This document shows positions 1 to 13,600 of a stretch of DNA of 45,317 nt, piece after piece (the first letter of the stretch is position 1; each line of letters starts with the position of its first letter). A program made the translations under genes and the position numbers. The notes under the pieces were generated by a model that saw nothing but the letters and a program-made list of their open reading frames with translations, searched no databases and was not told the DNA's origin. This stretch comes from Geosiphon pyriformis uo1 (lineage: Eukaryota; Fungi; Glomeromycota), in assembly GCA_016748015.1 (NCBI GenBank), contig JAAOMT010000120.1:21737-67053 (forward strand), given 5' to 3'.

Positions 1-96
1 ATTTTGTGGTATTCAGTATCTGATTGCCTTTTTATTAGTTCTATCACTGCTATCTTTATATATATATTACATGCTTAATTAAAAAAAAATTAAGTA

Positions 97-2004
97 CAGT
101 CAAACCTCCATAAAAAAACCCTCGATAAAAGAACAACCTCTTACAAAGAACATTTTTTTATAGAACCAATTGATTAATTAACAATTTTCCCTTTATATAT
201 AAGAACAATCTATAAAGGAACAAAAACATAATTTTATCAAACGTTTATTCGAAATTTACCTTCATATAAGAACAAATATCACGTGCTAGATGTTAATTGG
301 TAATTGGGAAAAAAGTTAGAACGTATTGAATTGATTTCATCCTAACTTTCTTTTAAATCGATTTACATTGGACTTACTCTTTTTGATCTTGTCTGTTTTC
401 ACATNNNNNNNNNNNNNNNNNNNNNNNNNNNNNNNNNNNNNNNNNNNNNNNNNNNNNNNNNNNNNNNNNNNNNNNNNNNNNNNNNNNNNNNNNNNNNNNN
501 NNNNNNNNNNNNNNNNNNNNNNNNNNNNNNNNNNNNNNNNNNNNNNNNNNNNNNNNNNNNNNNNNNNNNNNNNNNNNNNNNNNNNNNNNNNNNNNNNNNN
601 NNNNNNNNNNNNNNNNNNNNNNNNNNNNNNNNNNNNNNNNNNNNNNNNNNNNNNNNNNNNNNNNNNNNNNNNNNNNNNNNNNNNNNNNNNNNNNNNNNNA
701 AATTAAAAACCATTATATCTGAATTTGATCCTGCTGATATATATAATGCTGATGAAACAGGATTATTTTTTCGTATGAGACCAAATCAAACACTTGCAAA
801 ATGTCAAAATGCAGGAAAAAAATTGGTATATTATATTTACCAATTTTTATCATTATATATTATTGTTATATTAAATTAATTGGGTTTTTTATAGGATAAA
901 TCTTGGATTACAATTCTTCTTGCTACAAATTCACAAATTGCAACCTTTAGTAATTGGACATGCAAAAAATCCAAGATGCCTTAAAGGAATTAATACTTCC
1001 AACCTACCAGTAATTTACAAATTCAATTCCAAAGCACGGATGCACTCAGATATATGGAAAGCATGGCTCAAATATATAAATGAAGGCTTTCGAATTCAAA
1101 ATCAGCACTTTTGGTTAATAATGCAACTTCTCATCATACTCAAATCGGAGAGAATTCATTCCAATTAACCAATATTACTTTGTACTATTTTCCTTCAAAT
1201 ACAACATCACATCTTCAACCAATGGATGCTGACATTATCAAATCTTTCAAAGGCAAATATAAGCATTTATATTGTCAACATATTTTACATCAATTTGAAC
1301 AAAAAATTAATATTGAACACTTGAGTAATATAATATATACAGTATTATTATCATTATATATTATATAATTTTATCTAATATTAATTTATTTTTTAGAAAT
1401 ATATTAAACATAAAACAAGCAATTGATTATGTTGTTCAATCATGGTTTCAAGTAACACCTGTTACAATTCAAAACTGTTGGCAAAAAACGGATATTCTTT
1501 TCTATAATCAAGAATTAGAAATTCAAGAATCCGAAACATCAATTGCTATGGATATATTCAACAATTTACCATCAAATGCACAACAATTGGTCAAAAATCT
1601 CGAAGATTATACTTTAGCCGATGCTCAAATTGAAACCAATACAATTAATGACTCGGAAGAAGAATTAGAAGAATCTCCACCTGCTATAATTACAATTACA
1701 GAAGCATATGAAGCATTAAAAAAAGGTAATTAGATTTGAAGAGCAATTAGCAGAAGAATATTTTAGTATAGAAAACCAAAATTTACTTAGAAAAAAATTA
1801 TATGAATACGAAAAAATGAAGGGAGATTGTAAAAATAAGGTAAGAATTAATCAATATTTTAATAATAAAAATAAAAATAATTGATTGATTTAATAAATAA
1901 ATATAGTTTATTTGATAATAATTATAAAACTCTATAATAGAACACCACTAAAATGGAACATAATTTGCATGTCCCAACTGTGTTCTTTTATAGAGGTCTG
2001 ACTG
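97..2004 (+). mobile_element. pogo/Tigger-family (Tc1/mariner superfamily) DNA transposon, decayed
   Basis: ~23-bp imperfect TIRs: CAGTCAAACCTCCATAAAAAAAC at 97 vs reverse complement CAGTCAGACCTCTATAAAAGAAC ending at 2004. TA on both sides (95-96, 2005-2006). Internal DDE_1-type transposase remnants. Confidence 0.88.
700..1884 (+). pseudogene. pogo-type DDE transposase pseudogene with introns (5' part lost in N gap)
   Basis: Motifs IYNADETGLFF (~739-771), KLQPLVIGHAKNPRCLK, YFPSNTTSHLQPMDADIIKSFK, and an acidic C-terminus. GT-AG introns at ~826-894 and ~1325-1396. Several frameshifts. Confidence 0.85.
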
Positions 2005-2096
2005 TATTTTTAAACATTCCCTGATCAGTCCATAATCCAAAGATTAATTATTATCGTGTTACAGTGAGGCATGCAGGTCACGGGTGTGGAATCACG

Positions 2097-5000
2097 AAGG
2101 ACTTTGTTGTAAATAAGTCATCTATTAAAAAACCAAGTATATATGAGTATTGTCACATGATCAAGTTTGTATTCGCGATTATTTAAGAAGAAAAATGTGT
2201 ACGCGACAAGTCCAAAATAATTATAGAGGTAATCTACAATTATCTTAAAAAATCGCCACAAATTCCTTCCGAAAAAATCTTTTTTATTATTTTCTTTATT
2301 TTTTAACGTTTTAACTTTTAAACGAGTACAATACCCAGTGAAACCCACCTTGATAAAGTTACATAGGAACGAAGAGAGAGAGAGATATAGAGGAAGGATT
2401 GGAAGGAATAACGATGGACTTTGTTGTAAATAAGTCATCTATTAAAAAAAAACAAGTATATATGAGTATTGTCACATGATCAAGTTTGTATTCGCGATTA
2501 TTTAAGAAGAAAAATGTGTACGCGACAAGTCCAAAATAATTATAGAGGTAATCTACAATTATCTTAAAAAATCGCCACAAATTCCTTCCGAAAAAATCTT
2601 TTTTTTTAATTTTTTATTTTCTTTATTTTTTATTTTTTAACGTTTTTACTTTTAAACAAGTACAATACCCAGGGAAACTCACCTTGATAAAGTTACATAG
2701 GAACGAAGAGAGAGAAAGAGAGATAGAGAAAGGATTGGAAAGAAGAACGATGGACTTTGTTGTAAATAAGTCATCTATTAATAAAAACAAGTATATATGA
2801 GTATTGTCACATGATCAAGTTTGTATTCGCGATTATTTAAGAAGAAAAATGTGTACGCGACAAGTCTAAAATAGTTATAGAGGTAATCTACAATTATCTT
2901 AAAAAATCGCCACCTTTTTTTTTATTTTCTTTATTTTTTAACGTTTTAACTTTTAAACGAGTACAATACCCAGTGAAACCCACCTTGATAAAGTTACATA
3001 GGAACGAAGAGAGAGAAAGAGATATAGAGGAAGGATTGGAAGGAATAACGAGAGACTTTGTTGTAAATAAGTCATCTATTGAAAAAACAAGTATATATGA
3101 GTATTGTCACATGATCAAGTTTGTATTCGCGATTATTTAAGAAGAAAAATGTGTACGCGACAAGTCTAAAATAATTATAGAGGTGATCTACAATTATCTT
3201 GAAAAATCGCCACAAATTCCTTTCGAAAAAATCTTTTTTTTTAATTTTTTATTTTCTTTATTTTTTATTTTTTTATTTTTTTATTTTTTAACGTTTTAAC
3301 TTTTAAACAAGTACAATACCCAATGAAACCCACCTTGAAAAAGTTACATAGGAACGAAGAGAGAGAAAGAGAGATAGAGGAAGGATTGGAAAGAAGAACG
3401 ATGGACTTTGTTGTAAATAAGTCATCTATTAATAAAAACAAGTATATATGAGTATTGTCACATGATCAAGTTTGTATTCGCGATTATTTAAGAAGAAAAA
3501 TGTGTACGCGACAAGTCTAAAATAGTTATAGAGGTAATCTACAATTATCTTAAAAAATCGCCACCTTTTTTTTTATTTTCTTTATTTTTTAACGTTTTAA
3601 CTTTTAAACGAGTACAATACCCAGTGAAACTCACCTTGATAAAGTTACATAGGAACGAAGAGAGAGAGAGATATAGAGGAAGGATTGGAAGGAATAACGA
3701 GAGACTTTGTTGTAAATAAGTCATCTATTGAAAAAACAAGTATATATGAGTATTGTCACATGATCAAGTTTGTAATTGCGATTATTTAAGAAGAAAAATG
3801 TGTACGCGACAAGTCTAAAATAATTATAGAGGTGATCTACAATTATCTTAAAAAATCGCCACAAANNNNNNNNNNNNNNNNNNNNNNNNNNNNNNNNNNN
3901 NNNNNNNNNNNNNNNNNNNNNNNNNNNNNNNNNNNNNNNNNNNNNNNNNNNNNNNNNNNNNNNNNNNNNNNNNNNNNNNNNNNNNNNNNNNNNNNNNNNN
4001 NNNNNNNNNNNNNNNNNNNNNNNNNNNNNNNNNNNNNNNNNNNNNNNNNNNNNNNNNNNNNNNNNNNNNNNNNNNNNNNNNNNNNNNNNNNNNNNNNNNN
4101 NNNNNNNNNNNNNNNNNNNNNNNNNNNNNNNNNNNNNNNNNNNNTTTTTTATTATTTTCTTTATTTTTTAACGTTTTAACTTTTAAACGAGTACAATACC
4201 CAGTGAAACCCACCTTGATAAAGTTACATAGGAACGAAGAAAGAGAGAGATATAGAGGAAGGATTGGAAGGAATAACGATGGACTTTGTTGTAAATAAGT
4301 CATCTATTAAAAAAACAAGTATATATGAGTATTGTCACATGATCAAGTTTGTATTCGCGATTATTTAAGAAGAAAAATGTGTACGCGACAAGTCTAAAAT
4401 AATTATAGAGGTGATCTACAATTATCTTGAAAAATCGCCCCAAATTCCTTTCGAAAAAATCTTTTTTTTTAATTTTTAATTTTCTTTATTTTTAATTTTT
4501 TAATTTTTTTTATTTTTTAATTTTTTTTATTTTTTTTATTTTTTTATTTTTTAACGTTTTAACTTTTAAACAAGTACAATACCCAATGAAACCCACCTTG
4601 AAAAAGTTACATAGGAACGAAGAGAGAGAGAGATATAGAGGAAGGATCGGAAGGAAGAACGATGGACTTTGTTGTAAATAAGTCATCTATTAAAAAAAAC
4701 AAGTATATATGAGTATTGTCACATGATCAAGTTTGTATTCGCGATTATTTAAGAAGAAAAATGTGTACGCGACAAGTCCAAAATAATTATAGAGGTAATC
4801 TACAATTATCTTAAAAAATTGCCACAAATTCCTTTCGAAAAAATCTTTTTTTTTAATTTTTAATTTTCTTTATTTTTTATTTTTTAACGTTTTTACTTTT
4901 AAACAAGTACAATACCCAGTGAAACCCACCTTGATAAAGTTACATAGGAACGAAGAGAGAGAAAGAGAGATAGAGGAAGGATTGGAAGGAAGAACGATGG

Positions 5001-5290
5001 ACTTTGTTGTAAATAAGTCATCTATTAAAAAAAACAAGTATATATGAGTATTGTCACATGATCAAGTTTGTATTCGCGATTATTTAAGAAGAAAAATGTG
5101 CACGCGACAAGTCCAAAATAATTATAGAGGTAATCTACAATTATCTTAAAAAATCGCCACAAATTCCTTCCGAAAAAATCTTTTTTTTTATCTTTATTTT
5201 TTTTATTTTTTATTTTTTTAACGGTTTAAATTTTAAACAAGTACAATACCCAATGAAACCCACCTTGAAAAAGTTACACAGGAACGAATA
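2097..5290 (+). repeat. Tandem array of a ~300-380-bp unit (at least 9 unit starts; interrupted by N gap)
   Basis: Unit start GACTTTGTTGTAAATAAGTCATCTATT recurs at ~2099, 2416, 2752, 3053, 3403, 3703, 4281, 4664 and 4999. Length variation lies mainly in the T-rich tract. Confidence 0.97.
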
Positions 5291-5560
5291 GAGAGAAAAG
5301 GATAGGAAGAAAGGAGGACAGAAAAAAAGAAAAAAAGAGAGAAAGGGAGAAAGGGGGGATGAAAAAAAGGAATGGAAGTGATAAAGAAAGGAAGAGAAGG
5401 AAAGGAAGCAATAAAGAGAAGGAAAGGAAGCAATAAAGAAAAGGAAGGAAGCGATAAAGGAAAGGAAGGGAAGTGATAAAAAAAGGAAGAGAAGCGAAAT
5501 GATTAAGAAATGAAGAAAGGCGATAAAGGGAAGAAATGGAAGCGATAATGGAAGGAAGGG
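5290..5560 (+). repeat. Purine-rich degenerate minisatellite (GGAAGCGATAAAG-like) in left arm
   Basis: Repeated GGAAG(C/T)(G/A)ATAAAG motifs; mirrored as a pyrimidine tract at ~9015-9365. Confidence 0.8.
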
Positions 5561-6849
5561 CTTTTTTTATATTTAAATTTTTTTAAATTATTAGGTTATT
5601 CGTTATAAACATAGCCCTCCCTTCGAAATGGTGTAATTTTAGAACAGAAGCTCATCTTAACCAAAAAAGGATTTATAATATCGTGTTGTTTTGATTAAAA
5701 TCTTTTTTGACTGATTACAGGATTTTTTATTATTATTATTAATCACTAATTTTTTTTAAGAGCAAAGATAAAGTGGAAGATAAAAAATATTTATCAAGAT
5801 CTATCTCACACTAGTGGTGCCAAGTTCACAAAACTACATGGGCGTAAAGCACAAACTCGGAGCCCTTAAAATTTTCCTGGGTGAGGAATTTTTTTTGTCA
5901 TCCCCCTGCCATATCCCTGTTATCCTCATTATTGTTCTGAAACGTAATTACAGAACTCATATGTCAATGTTTGTAAGTAAGGGGATACTATAGGCAGTGT
6001 TTCTAAAGGTGCGCTGTGCTATGGTTCTTTTTTTTCTTCGAAACGAAATAGAAGCTGATAATATCTGAAAATTCTGGCAATTTCTATTGTATGGTAAAGG
6101 GGACTGCGTTTTAAGAATAATTTCGATCAAATCTTTTTAAAAAGAGAATACGACATAATTTACCGAAATCATTTAGTTTATTTGTAAAAATAGATAGAAA
6201 AATGTTTCGTGGCCATTACTTTAAAGTCTTTACTAAATGGCGCAAAAGTGGGAATTCTCTCAAGAACTGGAAAAGAAATTTTTGAAAAAAAAATTTATAA
6301 CTCGTAATCTTGTTTCCATCGTTGAATGACTTTGAAAATCTTATTATGCCTTTTTTTCATTACATATTCTATTATAATCAATTTAAATTTATTCATTTCA
6401 TTATCATGCAAATTTCAACCATTTTGCGAAACCAAAACAAGTGAATAAATAAATTTGTTTGATCCTAAAAAACACGTCAAATTCTTGAAAAAAACATAAG
6501 TCTAAATGATTTTTAAACTTTCTAATTAATACAGTAAATTTCCCAATATAAAACTGATTGTTATAATTAAAACTGTTGAGAATTATTATTAATTAAATTT
6601 TATTAGTTTGTGTAAAGCATCAAATGTTAAGAAATTGAAAAAAAACATAAAAATTTGGCTGATTTTATGAGTTGGTTTTGGTTAAAAAATAAAAACTTGT
6701 ACAATGAAAAAACAAAATATTTGGACTGATTTTGGCTTTATAAATAATTATGTAGTATACAATAAATTATATTCAAGTAAATTTTGACAAATACTTTATA
6801 ATTTTTGTTTCGTAATATTAAAAAAAATGAAAATGCTTTGAATTATAAA

Positions 6850-8030
6850 GTAATTAATAAATTTATACAGTCTAAGTTTGTACAATAATATTCTTGATCT
6901 TAGTAGGTAAGATTTCTTAATATTAATACCATAGTTACTAACAATAAAAAACAGTGCTATATATTAATGCCAAAAAATTGAGATTGCTAAACTTCTAAAT
7001 ACTTGGAAATTATGCTTTCAACTGAAAATTTATGCAGTTTTTTGTAAATAAATTGAAGCAAAAAATAAATTTGGCTATTTTGTTGCTTATTGTAGAATAC
7101 AAAACACAAATTAGCTTTATATTAAGACAGATTAAAATAATACATTAATAAATAGCAAAGTAAATGGTTATTATATAATAATAACAGAAATAACAAGGAA
7201 AATTTTAACAAAGAAAAATTTAAATACATAAAAAATTTGATTAAAATATCATAAATTTCAAATTACAATTATTATTTTTTATGAAAAATCTGAAAATAGA
7301 AGAATAAATATAATTATTTATAAAAATAATATAACTATTATAATTTTATGTTTTATATAACATATTTTAAATTTAATAACAGTTATTAATTCTTTTAAAT
7401 GTTTGGATCCAAAAAAAAGTATTTAATAGAAATAAGAAAATGTAAATTGATTTTTTAATGTCAAATAAATATATTTTACAGATTCAAAAGATTGTGCTTA
7501 TATAAATATCAAAAAAACAAATAAAACAAGTTAATAACTAAGTCAATAATTTGGTTAATAATGAAGGTTATTAATTGGGTCAATAATTTGTTAAAATCGG
7601 TAAGAAAATAAGATATAATATTAAAATATTTGATTAATAACAAGTTTAATTTGTTAAAAATGTTTTTATTACTGTTATTTATTATTTAAAAAATTAATCG
7701 ACTTAAATTTTTAATTAAAAAAAAGTTTATTAATATATTAAAATACATTAATAGTTTAAATATAGTAAACAATTTTTTTTTAATAAAACTATAAAATTTC
7801 AAATAAATCAATATTTAGCAATTTACTAATAATTTTAGTCAAATTTTATTAATTATAATTGACTAAAATAAGTAATCTGTTATTTAAATATGGTCTTTTT
7901 TAAGAATTTATTTACTATATTTAATTATATGCCAGTTTCAAAGCTGTTAAAAAACTGTTTAACAGAATTATTTGTCTATTTTAAAATTTAAATATTGTAT
8001 ATACAAACTAGTTTTAAACAAAAAAATTTT
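6850..8030 (+). pseudogene. Heavily decayed non-LTR (LINE-like) RT/downstream fragment inside the Foldback spacer
   Basis: Translations KYLEIMLSTE (~6997) and AILLLIVEYKTQISF (~7074) resemble the YLGI.LSTE / AVL.PIV.YRTQ.SF region of fungal LINE reverse transcriptases. Many stops; boundaries approximate. Confidence 0.45.
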
Positions 8031-9365
8031 GATTATGTTTAAAAATATATAAGAAATAAAAAAAATTGTAATCTAAAAGTTTTGTGCATTTTTGGCTTAA
8101 AATTTGCCTTAAATACTTGAAAAATATATATTTACCAAAACAGATCCTGCTTGTTTTGGTTAATATGAGTTTTCAACATGAAATTTTTATCGAATTAAAC
8201 TGAAACTCTTTACTATTGGCTCTAATTTAAAATAATAGGTTGTGTAAAGTTATGGCTTTTTTTAAAAACATCAACAAGGATCATAACATTATATTTAAGC
8301 ATAATATAAATTTTATTTTACTTAAGTTTGAGACAATTATAATTGCTCTCTTAAGTATACTTGAAATATTTTGGCGACAAAAAAACCAAATTAATTTGGT
8401 ATATTATGTCGTATTCTTTTTTTAAAAAAGCTTGATCGAAATTATTCTTAAAACGCAGTCCTCTTTACCATACAATAGAAATTGCCAGAATTTTCAGATA
8501 TTATCAGTTTATATTTCGTTTCGAGGAAAAAAAGAACCATAACACAGCCCACCTTTAGAAACACTGCCTATAGTATCCCCTTACTATAATACCCTCCATA
8601 CTTACAAACATTGACACATGAGTTCTGTAATTAAGTTTCAGAACAATAATGATGATGACAGGGATATGGCAGGGGGATGACATAAAAAATTCCTCGCCCA
8701 GGAAAATTTTAAGGGCTCCGAGTTTGTGCTTTACGCCCATGTAGTTTTATGAGCTTAGCACCACTAGGATGAGATAGATCTTGATAAATATTTTTTATCT
8801 TCCACTTTATATTTGCTCTTAAAAAAAATTAGTGATTAATAATAATAATAAAAGATCCTATAATCAGTCAAAAAAGATTTTAATCAAAACAACACGATAT
8901 TATAAATTCTTTTTTGGTTAAGATGAGCTGCTGTTCTAAAATAACATCATTTCGAAGGAAGGGCTATGTTTATAATGAATAACCTAATAAATTTAAAAAA
9001 TATTTATATAAAAAAAGCCCTTTCTTCCATTATCGCCTCCATTCCTTCCCTTTATTACCTCTCATCATTTCTTAATCACTTCGCTTCTCTTCCTTCTTTT
9101 ATCACTTCCCTTCCTTTCCTTTATCGCTTCCTTTCCTTTCCTTTATCGCTTTCTTTTCTTTTCTTTATTGCTTCCCTTCTTTTATTGCTTCCCTTCTTTT
9201 TTTTATTGCTTTCCTTACTTTATTGTTTCCTTTCCTTTATCGCTTCCCTTCTTTTTCTTCCTTTCTTTATCGCTTCCATTACATTTTTTCATCCCCCCTT
9301 TCTCCCTTTCTCTTTACTTTTCTTTTTTTCAGTCCTCCTCTCTTCCTGTCCTTTTTTCTCTATTT

Positions 9366-9956
9366 GTTCCTGTGTTATTTTTTCAAGGTGGGTTTCGCTG
9401 GGTATTGTACTTGTTTAAAAGTTAAAACGTTAAAAAATAAAATAAATAAAAAATAAAATAAAAATAAAAATAAAAAAAAGATTTTTTCGGAAGGAATTTG
9501 TGGTGATTTTTTAAGATAATTGTAGATCACCTCTATAATTATTTTGGACTTGTCGCGTGCACAATTTTCTTCTTAAATAATCGTGAATACAAACTTGATC
9601 ATGTGACAATACTCATATATACTTGTTTATTTTTAATAGATGACTTGCTTACAACAAAAGTCCTTCGTTCTTCCTTCCAATCCTTATTCTCTATCTCTCC
9701 TCGTTCCTGTGTAATTTTTTTAAGGTGGGGTTTGCTGGGTATTGTACTTGATTAAAAGTTAAACGTTAAAAAATAAAAAAATTATTTTTTCGGAAGGAAT
9801 TTGTGGCGATTTTTTAAGATAATTGTAGATTACCTCTATAGACTTGTCACGCGCACATTTTTCTTCTTAAATAATCACAAATTCAAACTTGATCATGTGA
9901 CAATACTCATATATACTTGTTTTTTTATAGATGACTTATTTACATCAAAAGTCCTT
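9366..9956 (-). repeat. Two inverted copies of the ~300-bp terminal unit (right arm)
   Basis: Reverse complements of the unit end at ~9664 (ACAACAAAAGTCC) and ~9954 (ACATCAAAAGTCC). Confidence 0.92.
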
Positions 9957-10099
9957 GAAAGCTATAAAGAACCATATAATAAAACTTGTAATTTAACAAT
10001 AACTAATAAACAAGCTCTAAATAAATTTTTATTTTATTAATAAATAAAATTTTTAAATTCAATTCATTTTATAAAACTATATGTCGTTTGTATATTATA

Positions 10100-10697
10100 A
10101 TTTTAAATTACCATTGTGGTTGTGTTGAAAGCTAGCCAGTTTACAAAACCTAAAGCTGTGAAACAGTTTTATATGTTGATCTTTAATGGGTGTTTCATAG
10201 GCCGGAATAATTTTCATTGTTCAGGAAACTGTCAAATTCTTAAATGAAATGTGCTTTTGTCTGAAAATACAACTCGATTCCAGTCAAATTTTTATGATTC
10301 TTAGTCCACTGCAAGCACTTTTTTGTTTGTTTGTCAGTAAGTAAAGGTTTGGCTATATTTAGCTTCATCTTTACATAAACGTCATTGAGTATGGTCTACA
10401 CTAATTTTAAACTTTCTTTTTTCATTTCCCGTTGCATATCAGTGGCAATTAGATGAATTTTTTTTTACAAGTTGTACAATTTTTCAGGACCGTGATTCAA
10501 TATCGACCGGCTTCTGGTTGATCACGTAGGTCTTTTGTTCCCTCCACCTTTTAACCCAATGAAGTGCTGTAGACTTACTACAATAAATTTTCTTTGCTGT
10601 GGCTACAAGTCCAAGTTTTGGGGTCTTTGGAATGTTGTTTAAAAAAATGATTTCATATCTCTTGTGTATTTGAAGAGAAATTTTTGCGTTATACCAC
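10100..10697 (-). pseudogene. Tc1-type transposase remnant (N-terminal HTH region plus first catalytic Asp)
   Basis: Minus-strand translations YEIIF..., AKKIYCSKSTALHWVKRW, FDWNRVVFSD(K)STF and PMKHPLKINI*NCF; frameshifted and truncated. Confidence 0.75.
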
Positions 10698-13600
10698 TTG
10701 ATTATTTTAAAATACCTGAATGATCAGCAAATATGTTATTTTTTATTCTGGAAAATCTAGCTCTACAAAGAGTTATTGAGTCATATACTTTTGTGACGCG
10801 CTGTATTGAGGTTTGAGTTTAAAATATGCTGCCAATCTTGCGACCTGACATCAAGGTATTATCAAAAAAAAGTTATTCATGCATTTGACCATATATAAAG
10901 AGGGAAGAAATTTTATCATTATAAAAATTTTCAACGCCCACTTTAGAGACTTTAAAAATAGAACCAGCATTAAATTGCTTAGCAAGATTAAAAAAATTTA
11001 ACATAATTAACTTTATAATTTATTCAAAAATGTTATTTAGCACATAGTTAAGAAATTTATATTGGGCTGTTTATAGCTCGGTCATGGAATCTGAATATTT
11101 TTTTTCTAGTTAATAAACTTATTATATTGTTGATTTTTACTTTTATTTCTTTAAACTGCAGAATGTGTTTATAATTAATAAAATAATCTGAATCTACTTT
11201 TTTAAAAATGTTTTAGTATGCTATATATGTTTTGGTCTTTATTGAATACAAAATTATTGATAGTTTTATTTATTCCAGCTATTATGTAAACTTGAAATTT
11301 CAATATTTTTTTATCTTGACACAGATCTTTTATACTTAAATATTTTTTTCTAAAAATAACTATATTTATGTTCAATGTATGCTATTTAATAAAACTTTAA
11401 AATTTTGTTTCCAGCTTTTGAGCGTTTTTTTAAAAAATTCAATTACCAATTTATTTAATTTATAATACTTGATAGATTTTTTGTCATAATGTTATTGTAA
11501 TATCTGTATTAGTTTTATGTTGAATTTACTCTAGCAGCTTTTAAAACAGCATTTTACTAACAGTTTAAGTTTTTAATACTAATTGTATCAAATTTTTATC
11601 TGGTTTTGTAGATTGTTTAGCATATTTTGGTTTAATAAATATTTAAAATTGGTTAATTTAACGTTTTCTCAATTTTTTCAAATTGTTTTATCTTTAAAAT
11701 AGTTTTGTTTACTGCATTTTGCATTTTCGTGTTAATAAACTGAATAATTCTTATTTAAATCTTGACCCAAAATAATATAAATAAATTTATTTGTTGCTTT
11801 AGCAATTAAAATATTTATGTTATTAAATGTATTAATTTTGTCTTTTGAAAATACATTGGCATAATCAACAGACCTATTTTCCTTTAAAAAAACTTAGCTT
11901 TTAAATATTTTTTTCTGTTTTTTGATTTTGAAAAAAATAGTTTGTAATTTGATTGTTAACCAAACTAATTATTTTTGCCTCTGCATTCTTTTTTGTTTTT
12001 TTAGTGCAAAAAATTTTAGGTTTTTTAATCTATAATTTTATTCTAAATATTAATTTGGTTTTAAAAAATTATTTATTGTATGTTTATTATTATTGTGCCA
12101 TTCTAAAATGTTTTTTGTTTAACCAAATTTTTTCATAAAAATGAGGTTGCTTTAATTAACTCAAAAAACATGTTAGAGTAGTACAGAGTTTTTTGGTATC
12201 GTGTAACAATTTTCTAATTGATAAAAATGATAATGGTACTAAAAGTTACTGTAATTGAATAATGCTTCTGTTGAAATTTTGCAGTGCTTCTTAATGGTTA
12301 ACAATGTTTTTCCTTTGAGAAAATTTATAATTTTTTATTTAAAATACTTTTGTGTATTTTTTTTCTAATATAATTTATTGTTAATGTTTTATAATTGCTC
12401 TAAGTAAAATACTTCGCATTAAGTCCTAAAATAAAATGAAAAATAAAATATAAATAATCTTAATTAGAAATTATTTGTTTAAAATTATTAAATCTAAATT
12501 TTAAAATCAATTGTAAATTGACTTAAAAATCTAGAAAAATATTAGAATTTCAATAATATTTTCATTAAAACATATTTTTAAAAATAATAGTAATTTTTCA
12601 ATAATACTTTGAGTTTTATAAATATAAATTTTATTTTGAAGGTAAAAAGTATTATTGTAAAATATTTTATTACAAGATAATATTTTTCAAAGCTAAGAGC
12701 TATTTTCTATATATAATTTGTAATTATACAAAATATAGTTTTTCTTAACTTCAATAAAAACTATTTTTTGGTAATAAATTCTAGCATAATATTTGTAAAA
12801 ATTGAATTATTTTGGTAATTTCAGTTAAAAATTTTTTAATAATTACTTTCTAATTTAAATATGTGTGCACTAATTTTTAATAAATATTTGTGATTAAACT
12901 ATTTTTTAAACCAATTTAGTTATAGTTATATTGCTTAATTCAAATTTAAATAAATTGCTTGATTTTTAAGAAAGCAAAGCTTTTATTTTTAAACTGTATT
13001 ATGTTTTGGTCTTATTATTTTAAATAATTGTAATTTTACCAATTTTATTATTAAAAACACTATTTTTAAAAGATATTAAACCAAATATAATGTTATCAGA
13101 AGTTTTACAACTTTTATTGAGCTTAATTTTACTCTTACTAGCATTTATAATATTTTTAGAATTGATTATTTGGCCTTTTGTGGTCGTTTTTAAACCACTT
13201 TCACTACCAAAAAAAAATTCTGGAATAAAAAATTTTAATTTCTTTGGATTGACACTATATAGTAAAAAGATAAATAAATGTGAATAAAAATAAAGAATTT
13301 TGCTATTTATGTGAATGACTTCATTGATTTAAATAATCAAAGAATCAACAAAAAAAGAAATATTTTATTTGATTGAAATTATTTAATATATTTATAGTGA
13401 ATAGTTAAAATAAATAAATAAATAAGCAAAAATTAACAATTTATTAGTTGTCAATTTAATAATAATTTGATTATTTATGTCTAATTAATCAATTTTTAAA
13501 AAAATTAATGGCTTCATATCATAATTTAATTTTAAATTATTTTTATAAACATTTTTATTTGTCAAAAACAATTTTTTAACTCGCACATTATTGATAAATA

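Larger units (their letters stand above)
2097..9956. mobile_element. Foldback/MULE-like non-autonomous element with very long inverted arms ending in tandem repeats
   Basis: Sequence ~4999-6185 is the reverse complement of ~8377-9664 (e.g. GGGCGTAAAGCACAAACTCGGAGCCCTT at 5840 / AAGGGCTCCGAGTTTGTGCTTTACGCCC at 8711). Both outer ends stop at the same register of the ~300-bp repeat (AAGGACTTT). No TSD found. Confidence 0.7.

Noticed and set aside
368-713. ORFs spanning N runs (also 3832-4303)
   Set aside because: Artefacts of assembly gaps.
2097-5290. CRISPR array or hammerhead retrozyme interpretation of the ~300-bp tandem repeat
   Set aside because: Units are similar throughout with no unique spacers, the context is eukaryotic with no cas genes, and I found no CTGANGA...GAAA hammerhead core on either strand.
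8966-9456. Phe/Leu/Ser-rich ORFs (also 5233-5433, 2118-2580, 9801-10040)
   Set aside because: Translations of pyrimidine-rich or tandem repeat DNA in the inverted arms; frames are not conserved between copies.
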